The position numbers and the translations under genes are program-made. The notes under the pieces are model-generated. The model worked only from the letters and a program-made list of their open reading frames with translations. It ran no database searches and was not told the origin of the DNA. From NCBI GenBank assembly GCA_965235115.1, contig OZ249436.1, positions 24,368,001-24,432,000 on the forward strand: a DNA stretch of 64,000 nt. Direction: 5' to 3'. This stretch comes from Laetmonice hystrix. Taxonomy: Eukaryota. Of the stretch, positions 1 through 10,700 are shown piece after piece. Position 1 is the stretch's first letter. Each line of letters opens with the position of its first letter.

Positions 1-880
1 TCCGCAGCACCAACCCACTGCATTAACATTTGTTTAACAGCTTAACACACCTTGTAAAATTTTTTCAAGTGCGTAAAAATGCGTGTCCACCTCCACATAC
101 TTTAAAAATCACTATACCCACCCAGCGACATCCACTCTAATACACGCCTAAAAGGAACTTCACTGTCCCATTTGATTCTCCAGCACGTATAGGATGTTTC
201 AAGTAACATTCATCCACGGTCTGGCCCAATAACGTGCAACAAGGCATAGTAAGTCAATGCGAGCTCGCATGTCAAACCTAACCCGCCCCCAAGCACATGA
301 GCTGAAAATATTCAAATAGCTTGAAAACTAGAATATAGCTTTGCTTAATACCATTATACCATCAACTCGCATTACAGGCCTAATGCGAAGCTCCCAGCCT
401 AAAACGAGTTTCCAATTAATTTAAAGTTAACAAGATGCACTAATAATCGATTCCAAGCCTAATTAGGCCATTGCTAGTTGGATAACCAAATCTCATACAA
501 AATACACCCTCCCGGCAGATGACCTGAGAATATTCAACTCTTATGTCCGATATATCCCTGTCCGCTTAGTAGCACCCAGCCGGGCCCCCATTTTGACATT
601 GCAACACCAATACAGCAAGTGCCCAGCTAACAGCACAAATAACAGGATTCAGGGCTTCCTACCACGTTACAAGTCACAATAGATTGCTGCCTGTCGTAAA
701 AATATACCAGACCATTTTAAAAAGTCACAGAACCCCAATCCGGCCCTAATATGTCACTCCCAGTACCAATAGACGCTGGAAGCACCATCAACTGAAATTC
801 AGGCCTAGAACCCACCTCTCTCTACCAATATCATGCACCTAGTCCGTATACGAGGTTGTAATTTCCTTTAATCAACGGGC
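1..880. repeat. Half A of the unit (880 bp), homologous to half B
   Basis: Collinear with 881-1753. Positions 81-166 vs 986-1071 match at 68/86 without gaps (hand count). Shared blocks include tagcttgaaaactagaatatagctttg, ttaacaagatgcacta and ataaccaaatctca. Confidence 0.97.
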
Positions 881-1753
881 TGCGCCGCAGCAACACACTC
901 TGGTCTTTGCAATCTTTTTCAATATGCGTTAACATTTGTGACCAGCTCAACGCGCCTTGTAAAATTTTTCAAAGTGCGTAAAAGTGTGTGTCCACCCCGA
1001 CACGCTTTCCAAACCACTATACCCACCGAGCGACATCCACTCAAATACAGGCTTCGACCGATCCTCACTGTGCCAATAATCCGCCACAAGGCAAATTCAG
1101 TCAATGCAAGCTGGAAAATCGAATGTCAAACCTAATGCTCCCCCCCCCAGCACGTTAACTGAAAATAATCAACTAGCTTGAAAACTAGAATATAGCTTTG
1201 TTAAGCTAACAATCTACTCTCCCAGCGCCATCAACTCGCATACAGGCGTAAAAGCAAACGCACTGCCCCATATAATGCTCCCAGCCTAAAACGATGTTGC
1301 AATTAATTTAAAATTAACAAGATGCACTAGTAATCCGATCCAAGCCTAATTACGTCATTGCTAGTTTCATAACCAAATCTCACAGAAAATACCCCACCCG
1401 CGCACATAACCTGAAAATATTCAACTTTTATCTCCAATGTATCCCTGTGCACCTAGTAGCACCCAAGCGGGCCCAATTTTGACATTCCAACACAAATACC
1501 GCAAATACCCGCCTAATGGCACAAAAAACTTTCTACCCCGTTGCAAGTCACATTAGCTTGCTGCTTGTCGTAAAAAATGGTGCAGACCATTTCTAAAGTC
1601 ACAGTACCCCACTCCCGGCCTAATATTACGTTTCAGTATCCATATACGCTGCAAGCGGCAGGAACTCGAATACAGGCCTAAAAGTAACCCCAGTCTAGCA
1701 ATATCATACTCTCATGCCATATACGAGCTTGTAATTATCTTTAATTAATGGGC
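881..1753. repeat. Half B of the unit (873 bp), homologous to half A
   Basis: Same order of shared blocks as half A, and both halves end in ...tttaat(c/t)aa(c/t)gggc. It differs from A by substitutions and indels of about 26, 58 and 7 bp among others. Confidence 0.97.
1140..1148. repeat. Length-variable poly-C tract, one per unit (C8 to C13)
   Basis: C9 here, C13 at 9905-9917, C8 in unit 9, C11 in unit 18 and C12 in unit 34. It accounts for most unit-length variation. Confidence 0.9.
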
Positions 1754-4700
1754 TCCGCAGCACCAACCCACTGCATTAACATTTGTTTAACAGCTTAACG
1801 CACCTTGTAAAAAATTTTCAAGTGCGTAAAAATGCGTGTCCACCTCCACATACTTTAAACATCACTATACCCACCCAGCGACATTCACTCTAATACACGC
1901 CTAAGAGGAACTTCACTGTCCCATTTGATTCTCCAGCACGTATAGGATGTTTCAAGTAACATTCATCCACGGTCTGGCCCAATAACGTGCAACAAGGCAT
2001 AGTAAGTCAATGCGAGCTCGCATGTCAAACCTAACCCGCCCCCCAGCACATGAGCTGAAAATATTCAAATAGCTTGAAAACTAGAATATAGCTTTGCTTA
2101 ATACCATTATACCATCAACTCGCATTACAGGCCTAATGCGAAGCTCCCAGCCTAAAACGAGTTTCCAATTAATTTAAAGTTAACAAGATGCACTAATAAT
2201 CGATTCCAAGCCTAATTAGGCCATTGCTAGTTGGATAACCAAATCTCATACAAAATACACCCTCCCGGCAGATGACCTGAGAATATTCAACTCTTATGTC
2301 CGATATATCCCTGTCCGCTTTGTAGCACCCAGCCGGGCCCCCATTTTGACATTGCAACACCAATACAGCAAGTGCCCAGCTAACAGCACAAATAACAGGA
2401 TTCAGGGCTTCCTACCACGTTACAAGTCACAATAGATTGCTGCCTGTCGTAAAAATATACCAGACCATTTTAAAAAGTCACAGAACCCCAATCCGGCCCT
2501 AATATGTCACTCCCAGTACCAATACACTCTGGAAGCACCATCAACTGAAATTCAGGCCTAGAACCCACCTCTCTCTACCAATATCATGCACCTAGTCCGT
2601 ATACGAGGTTGTAATTTACTTTAATCAACGGGCTGCGCCGCAGCAACCCACTCTGGTCTTTGCAATCTTTTTCAATATGCGTTAACATTTGTAACCAGCT
2701 CAACGCGCCTTGTAAAATTTTTCAAAGTGCGTAAAAGTGTGTGTCCACCCCGACACGCTTTCCAAACCACTATACCCACCGAGCGACATCCACTCAAATA
2801 CAGGCTTCGACCGATCCTCACTGTGCCAATAATCCGCCACAAGGCAAATTCAGTCAATGCAAGCTGGAAAATCGAATGTCAAACCTAATACTCCCCCCCC
2901 CAGCACGTTAACTGAAAATAATCAACTAGCTTGAAAACTAGAATATAGCTTTGTTTAGCTAACAATCTACTCTCCCAGCGCCATCAACTCGCATACAGGC
3001 GTAAAAGCAAACGCACTGCCCCATATAATGCTCCCAGCCTAAAACGATGTTGCAATTAATTTAAAATTAACAAGATGCACTAGTAATCCGATCCAAGCTT
3101 AATTACGTCATTGCTAGTTTCATAACCAAATCTCACAGAAAATACCCCACCCGGGCACATAACCTGAAAATATTCAACTTTTATCTCCAATGTATCCCTG
3201 TGCACCTAGTAGCACCCAAGCGGGCCCAATTTTGACATCCCAACACAAATACCGCAAATACCCGCCTAATGGCACAAAAAACTTTCTACCCCGTTGCAAG
3301 TCACATTAGCGTGCTGCTTGTCGTAAAAAATGGTGCAGACCATTTCTAAAGTCACAGTACCCCACTCCCGGCCTAATATTACGTTTCAGTATCCATATAC
3401 GCTGCAAGCGGCAGGAACTCGAATACAGGCCTAAAAGTAACCTCAGTCTAGCAATATCATACTCCCATGCCATATACGAGCTTGTAATTATCTTTAATTA
3501 ATGGGCTCCGCAGCACCAACCCACTGCATTAACATTTGTTTAACAGCTTAACACACCTTGTAAAATTTTTTCAAGTGCGTAAAAATGCGTGTCCACCTCC
3601 ACATACTTTAAAAATCACTATACCCACCCAGCGACATCCACTCTAATACACGCCTAAAAGGAACTTCACTGTCCCATTTGATTCTCCAGCACGTATAGGA
3701 TGTTTCAAGTAACATTCATCCACGGTCTGGCCCAATAACGTGCAACAAGGCATAGTAAGTCAATGCGAGCTCGCATGTCAAACCTAACCCGCCCCCAAGC
3801 ACATGAGCTGAAAATATTCAAATAGCTTGAAAACTAGAATATAGCTTTGCTTAATACCATTATACCATCAACTCGCATTACAGGCCTAATGCGAAGCTCC
3901 CAGCCTAAAACGAGTTTCCAATTAATTTAAAGTTAACAAGATGCACTAATAATCGATTCCAAGCCTAATTAGGCCATTGCTAGTTGGATAACCAAATCTC
4001 ATACAAAATACACCCTCCCGGCAGATGACCTGAGAATATTCAACTCTTATGTCCGATATATCCCTGTCCGCTTAGTAGCACCCAGCCGGGCCCCCATTTT
4101 GACATTGCAACACCAATACAGCAAGTGCCCAGCTAACAGCACAAATAACAGGATTCAGGGCTTCCTACCACGTTACAAGTCACAATAGATTGCTGCCTGT
4201 CGTAAAAATATACCAGACCATTTTAAAAAGTCACAGAACCCCAATCCGGCCCTAATATGTCACTCCCAGTACCAATAGACGCTGGAAGCACCATCAACTG
4301 AAATTCAGGCCTAGAACCCACCTCTCTCTACCAATATCATGCACCTAGTCCGTATACGAGGTTGTAATTTCCTTTAATCAACGGGCTGCGCCGCAGCAAC
4401 ACACTCTGGTCTTTGCAATCTTTTTCAATATGCGTTAACATTTGTGACCAGCTCAACGCGCCTTGTAAAATTTTTCAAAGTGCGTAAAAGTGTGTGTCCA
4501 CCCCGACACGCTTTCCAAACCACTATACCCACCGAGCGACATCCACTCAAATACAGGCTTCGACCGATCCTCACTGTGCCAATAATCCGCCACAAGGCAA
4601 ATTCAGTCAATGCAAGCTGGAAAATCGAATGTCAAACCTAATGCTCCCCCCCCCAGCACGTTAACTGAAAATAATCAACTAGCTTGAAAACTAGAATATA

Positions 4701-7700
4701 GCTTTGTTAAGCTAACAATCTACTCTCCCAGCGCCATCAACTCGCATACAGGCGTAAAAGCAAACGCACTGCCCCATATAATGCTCCCAGCCTAAAACGA
4801 TGTTGCAATTAATTTAAAATTAACAAGATGCACTAGTAATCCGATCCAAGCCTAATTACGTCATTGCTAGTTTCATAACCAAATCTCACAGAAAATACCC
4901 CACCCGCGCACATAACCTGAAAATATTCAACTTTTATCTCCAATGTATCCCTGTGCACCTAGTAGCACCCAAGCGGGCCCAATTTTGACATTCCAACACA
5001 AATACCGCAAATACCCGCCTAATGGCACAAAAAACTTTCTACCCCGTTGCAAGTCACATTAGCTTGCTGCTTGTCGTAAAAAATGGTGCAGACCATTTCT
5101 AAAGTCACAGTACCCCACTCCCGGCCTAATATTACGTTTCAGTATCCATATACGCTGCAAGCGGCAGGAACTCGAATACAGGCCTAAAAGTAACCCCAGT
5201 CTAGCAATATCATACTCTCATGCCATATACGAGCTTGTAATTATCTTTAATTAATGGGCTCCGCAGCACCAACCCACTGCATTAACATTTGTTTAACAGC
5301 TTAACGCACCTTGTAAAAAATTTTCAAGTGCGTAAAAATGCGTGTCCACCTCCACATACTTTAAACATCACTATACCCACCCAGCGACATTCACTCTAAT
5401 ACACGCCTAAGAGGAACTTCACTGTCCCATTTGATTCTCCAGCACGTATAGGATGTTTCAAGTAACATTTATCCACGGTCTGGCCCAATAACGTGCAACA
5501 AGGCATAGTAAGTCAATGCGACCTCGCATGTCAAACCTAACCCGCCCCCCAGCACATGAGCTGGAGATATTCAAATAGCTTGAAAACTAGAATATAGCTT
5601 TGCTTAATACCATTATACCATCAACTCGCATTACAGGCCTAATGCGAAGCTCCCAGCCTAAAACGAGTTTCCAATTAATTTAAAGTTAACAAGATGCACT
5701 AATAATCGATTCCAAGCCTAATTAGGCCATTGCTAGTTGGATAACCAAATCTCATACAAAATACACCCTCCCGGCAGATGACCTGAGAATATTCAACTCT
5801 TATGTCCGATATATCCCTGTCCGCTTAGTAGCACCCAGCCGGGCCCCCATTTTGACATTGCAACACCAATACAGCAAGTGCCCAGCTAACAGCACAAATA
5901 ACAGGATTCAGGGCTTCCTACCACGTTACAAGTCACAATAGATTGCTGCCTGTCGTAAAAATATACCAGACCATTTTAAAAAGTCACAGAACCCCAATCC
6001 GGCCCTAATATGTCACTCCCAGTACCAATAGACGCTGGAAGCACCATCAACTGAAATTCAGGCCTAGAACCCACCTCTCTCTACCAATATCATGCACCTA
6101 GTCCGTATACGAGGTTGTAATTTACTTTAATCAACGGGCTGCGCCGCAGCAACCCACTCTGGTCTTTGCAATCTTTTTCAATATGCGTTAACATTTGTGA
6201 CCAGCTCAACGCGCCTTGTAAAATTTTTCAAAGTGCGTAAAAGTGTGTGTCCACCCCGACACGCTTTCCAAACCACTATACCCACCGAGCGACATCCACT
6301 CAAATACAGGCTTCGACCGATCCTCACTGTGCCAATAATCCGCCACAAGGCAAATTCAGTCAATGCAAGCTGGAAAATCGAATGTCAAACCTAATGCTCC
6401 CCCCCCCAGCACGTTAACTGAAAAAAATCAACTAGCTTGAAAACTAGAATATAGCTTTGTTTAGCTAACAATCTACTCTCCCAGCGCCATCAACTCGCAT
6501 ACAGGCGTAAAAGCAAACGCACTGCCCCATATAATGCTCCCAGCCTAAGACGATGTTGCAATTAATTTAAGATTAACAAGATGCACTAGTAATCCGATCC
6601 AAGCCTAATTACGTCATTGCTAGTTTCATAACCAAATCTCACAGAAAATACCCCACCCGCGCACATAACCTGAAAATATTTAACTTTTATCTCCAATGTA
6701 TCCCTGTGCACCTAGTAGCACACAAGCGGGCCCAATTTTGACATCCCAACACAAATACCGCAAATACCCGCCTAATGGCACAAAAAACTTTCTACCCCGT
6801 TGCAAGTCACATTAGCGTGCTGCTTGTCGTAAAAAATGGTGCAGACCATTTCTAAAGTCACAGTACCCCACTCCCGGCCTAATATTACGTTTCAGTATCC
6901 ATATACGCTGCAAGCGGCAGGAACTCGAATACAGGCCTAAAAGTAACCTCAGTCTAGCAATATCATACTCCCATGCCATATACGAGCTTGTAATTATCTT
7001 TAATTAATGGGCTCCGCAGCACCAACCCACTGCATTAACATTTGTTTAACAGCTTAACGCACCTTGTAAAATTTTTTCAAGTGCGTAAAAATGCGTGTCC
7101 ACCTCCACATACTTTAAAAATCACTATACCCACCCAGCGACATCCACTCTAATACACGCCTAAAAGGAACTTCACTGTCCCATTTGATTCTCCAGCACGT
7201 ATAGGATGTTTCAAGTAACATTCATCCACGGTCTGGCCCAATAACGTGCAGCAAGGCATAGTAAGTCAATGCGAGCTCGCATGTCAAACCTAACCCGCCC
7301 CCAAGCACATGAGCTGAAAATATTCAAATAGCTTGAAAACTAGAATATAGCTTTGCTTAATACCATTATACCATCAACTCGCATTACAGGCCTAATGCGA
7401 AGCTCCCAGCCTAAAACGAGTTTCCAATTAATTTAAAGTTAACAAGATGCACTAATAATCGATTCCAAGCCTAATTAGGCCATTGCTAGTTGGATAACCA
7501 AATCTCATACAAAATACACCCTCCCGGCAGATGACCTGAGAATATTCAACTCTTATGTCCGATATATCCCTGTCCGCTTAGTAGCACCCAGCCGGGCCCC
7601 CATTTTGACATTGCAACACCAATACAGCAAGTGCCCAGCTAACAGCACAAATAACAGGATTCAGGGCTTCCTACCACGTTACAAGTCACAATAGATTGCT

Positions 7701-10700
7701 GCCTGTCGTAAAAATATACCAGACCATTTTAAAAAGTCACAGAACCCCAATCCGGCCCTAATATGTCACTCCCAGTACCAATAGACGCTGGAAGCACCAT
7801 CAACTGAAATTCAGGCCTAGAACCCACCTCTCTCTACCAATATCATGCACCTAGTCCGTATACGAGGTTGTAATTTACTTTAATCAACGGGCTGCGCCGC
7901 AGCAACCCACTCTGGTCTTTGCAATCTTTTTCAATATGCGTTAACATTTGTGACCAGCTCAACGCGCCTTGTAAAATTTTTCAAAGTGCGTAAAAGTGTG
8001 TGTCCACCCCGACACGCTTTCCAAACCACTATACCCACCGAGCGACATCCACTCAAATACAGGCTTCGACCGATCCTCACTGTGCCAATAATCCGCCACA
8101 AGGCAAATTCAGTCAATGCAAGCTGGAAAATCGAATGTCAAACCTAATGCTCCCCCCCCCAGCACGTTAACTGAAAAAAATCAACTAGCTTGAAAACTAG
8201 AATATAGCTTTGTTTAGCTAACAATCTACTCTCCCAGCGCCATCAACTCGCATACAGGCGTAAAAGCAAACGCACTGCCCCATATAATGCTCCCAGCATA
8301 AAACGATGTTGCAATTAATTTAAAATTAACAAGATGCACTAGTAATCCGATCCAAGCTTAATTACGTCATTGCTAGTTTCATAACCAAATCTCACAGAAA
8401 ATACCCCACCCGGGCACATAACCTGAAAATATTCAACTTTTATCTCCAATGTATCCCTGTGCACCTAGTAGCACCCAAGCGGGCCCAATTTTGACATTCC
8501 AACACAAATACCGCAAATACCCGCCTAATGGCACAAAAAACTTTCTACCCCGTTGCAAGTCACATTAGCTTGCTGCTTGTCGTAAAAAATGGTGCAGACC
8601 ATTTCTAAAGTCACAGTACCCCACTCCCGGCCTAATATTACGTTTCAGTATCCATATACGCTGCAAGCGGCAGGAACTCGAATACAGGCCTAAAAGTAAC
8701 CCCAGTCTAGCAATATCATACTCTCATGCCATATACGAGCTTGTAATTATCTTTAATTAATGGGCTCCGCAGCACCAACCCACTGCATTAACATTTGTTT
8801 AACAGCTTAACGCACCTTGTAAAAAAATTTTCAAGTGCGTAAAAATGCGTGTCCACCTCCACATACTTTAAAAATCACTATACCCACCCAGCGACATTCA
8901 CTCTAATACACGCCTAAGAGGAACTTCACTGTCCCATTTGATTCTCCAGCACGTATAGGATGTTTCAAGTAACATTTATCCACGGTCTGGCCCAATAACG
9001 TGCAACAAGGCATAGTAAGTCAATGCGAGCTCGCATGTCAAACCTAACCCGCCCCCCAGCACATGAGCTGAAAATATTCAAATAGCTTGAAAACTAGAAT
9101 ATAGCTTTGCTTAATACCATTATACCATCAACTCGCATTACAGGCCTAATGCGAAGCTCCCAGCCTAAAACGAGTTTCCAATTAATTTAAAGTTAACAAG
9201 ATGCACTAATAATCGATTCCAAGCCTAATTAGGCCATTGCTAGTTGGATAACCAAATCTCATACAAAATACACCCTCCCGGCAGATGACCTGAGAATATT
9301 CAACTCTTATGTCCGATATATCCCTGTCCGCTTAGTAGCACCCAGCCGGGCCCCCATTTTGACATTGCAACACCAATACAGCAAGTGCCCAGCTAACAGC
9401 ACAAATAACAGGATTCAGGGCTTCCTACCACGTTACAAGTCACAATAGATTGCTGCCTGTCGTAAAAATATACCAGACCATTTTAAAAAGTCACAGAACC
9501 CCAATCCGGCCCTAATATGTCACTCCCAGTACCAATACACGCTGGAAGCACCATCAACTGAAATTCAGGCCTAGAACCCACCTCTCTCTACCAATATCAT
9601 GCACCTAGTCCGTATACGAGGTTGTAATTTACTTTAATCAACGGGCTGCGCCGCAGCAACCCACTCTGGTCTTTGCAATCTTTTCAATATGCGTTAACAT
9701 TTGTAACCAGCTCAACGCGCCTTGTAAAATTTTTCAAAGTGCGTAAAAGTGTGTGTCCACCCCGACACGCTTTCCAAACCACTATACCCACCGAGCGACA
9801 TCCACTCAAATACAGGCTTCGACCGATCCTCACTGTGCCAATAATCCGCCACAAGGCAAATTCAGTTAATGCAAGCTGGAAAATCGAATGTCAAACCTAA
9901 TGCTCCCCCCCCCCCCCAGCACGTTAACTGAAAATAATCAACTAGCTTGAAAACTAGAATATAGCTTTGTTAAGCTAACAATCTACTCTCCCAGCGCCAT
10001 CAACTCGCATACAGGCGTAAAAGCAAACGCACTGCCCCATATAATGCTTCCAGCCTAAAACGATGTTGCAATTAATTTAAAATTAACAAGATGCACTAGT
10101 AATCCGATCCAAGCCTAATTACGTCATTGCTAGTTTCATAACCAAATCTCACAGAAAATACCCCACCCGCGCACATAACCTGAAAATATTCAACTTTTAT
10201 CTCCAATGTATCCCTGTGCACCTAGTAGCACCCAAGCGGGCCCAATTTTGACATTCCAACACAAATACCGCAAATACCCGCCTAATGGCACAAAAAACTT
10301 TCTACCCCGTTGCAAGTCACATTAGCTTGCTGCTTGTCGTAAAAAATGGTGCAGACCATTTCTAAAGTCACAGTACCCCACTCCCGGCCTAATATTACGT
10401 TTCAGTATCCATATACGCTGCAAGCGGCAGGAACTCGAATACAGGCCTAAAAGTAACCCCAGTCTAGCAATATCATACTCTCATGCCATATACGAGCTTG
10501 TAATTATCTTTAATTAATGGGCTCCGCAGCACCAACCCACTGCATTAACATTTGTTTAACAGCTTAACGCACCTTGTAAAAAATTTTCAAGTGCGTAAAA
10601 ATGCGTGTCCACCTCCACATACTTTAAAAATCACTATACCCACCCAGCGACATTCACTCTAATACACGCCTAAGAGGAACTTCACTGTCCCATTTGATTC

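Larger units (their letters stand above)
1..1753. repeat. Representative repeat unit (unit 1); phase is arbitrary and set by the window start
   Basis: Sequence from 1754 repeats sequence from 1 with only scattered substitutions. Confidence 0.99.
121..1753. repeat. Degenerate internal monomers of ~190-250 bp, probably eight per unit (approximate starts 121, 351, 580, 778, 1026, 1221, 1461, 1651)
   Basis: A tacaggcc-like core occurs at 141, 373, 798, 1046, 1241, 1671 and 1894 (spacings 232, 425, 248, 195, 430, 223). Positions 121-171 vs 1221-1271 match at 40/51. The third monomer of each half is weak and rests mainly on gttacaagtcacaat (666) and gttgcaagtcacatt (1540) resembling gtttcaagtaacatt (196). 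Confidence 0.8.

Noticed and set aside
282..290. G-quadruplex on the minus strand from C runs
   Set aside because: The C runs are mostly isolated or paired, and I did not find four closely spaced tracts.
919..1135. Overlapping 61 aa (-) and 65 aa (+) ORFs repeated in nearly every unit
   Set aside because: They are short, start at non-ATG codons, resemble no protein I recognise, and recur only because the DNA repeats. The homologous region in half A is interrupted by non-triplet indels.
317..1200. CRISPR-like array based on the recurring 27 bp block
   Set aside because: The intervening sequences are ~830-870 bp, homologous to each other and repeated rather than unique spacers, and no cas genes are present.
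1..1753. Decayed or alternative-code repeat-protein gene underlying the A/B homology
   Set aside because: A/B indels of about 26, 58 and 7 bp are not multiples of three, and a trial minus-strand translation of one aligned block showed stops and many non-synonymous changes. A TBLASTX/HMM search would be the decisive test.
1..1753. Tandem 5S rRNA, tRNA, snRNA or spliced-leader gene array
   Set aside because: The unit size would fit, but I found no recognisable 5S, tRNA or SL sequence on either strand. The Sm-site-like aattttga near 1475 is too short to count. An Rfam cmscan is needed to exclude a divergent RNA.
1..1753. Canonical CENP-B box, alpha satellite or telomeric repeats
   Set aside because: No CENP-B box consensus, 171 bp period or tandem telomere motif was seen; cctaa occurs only as isolated copies.
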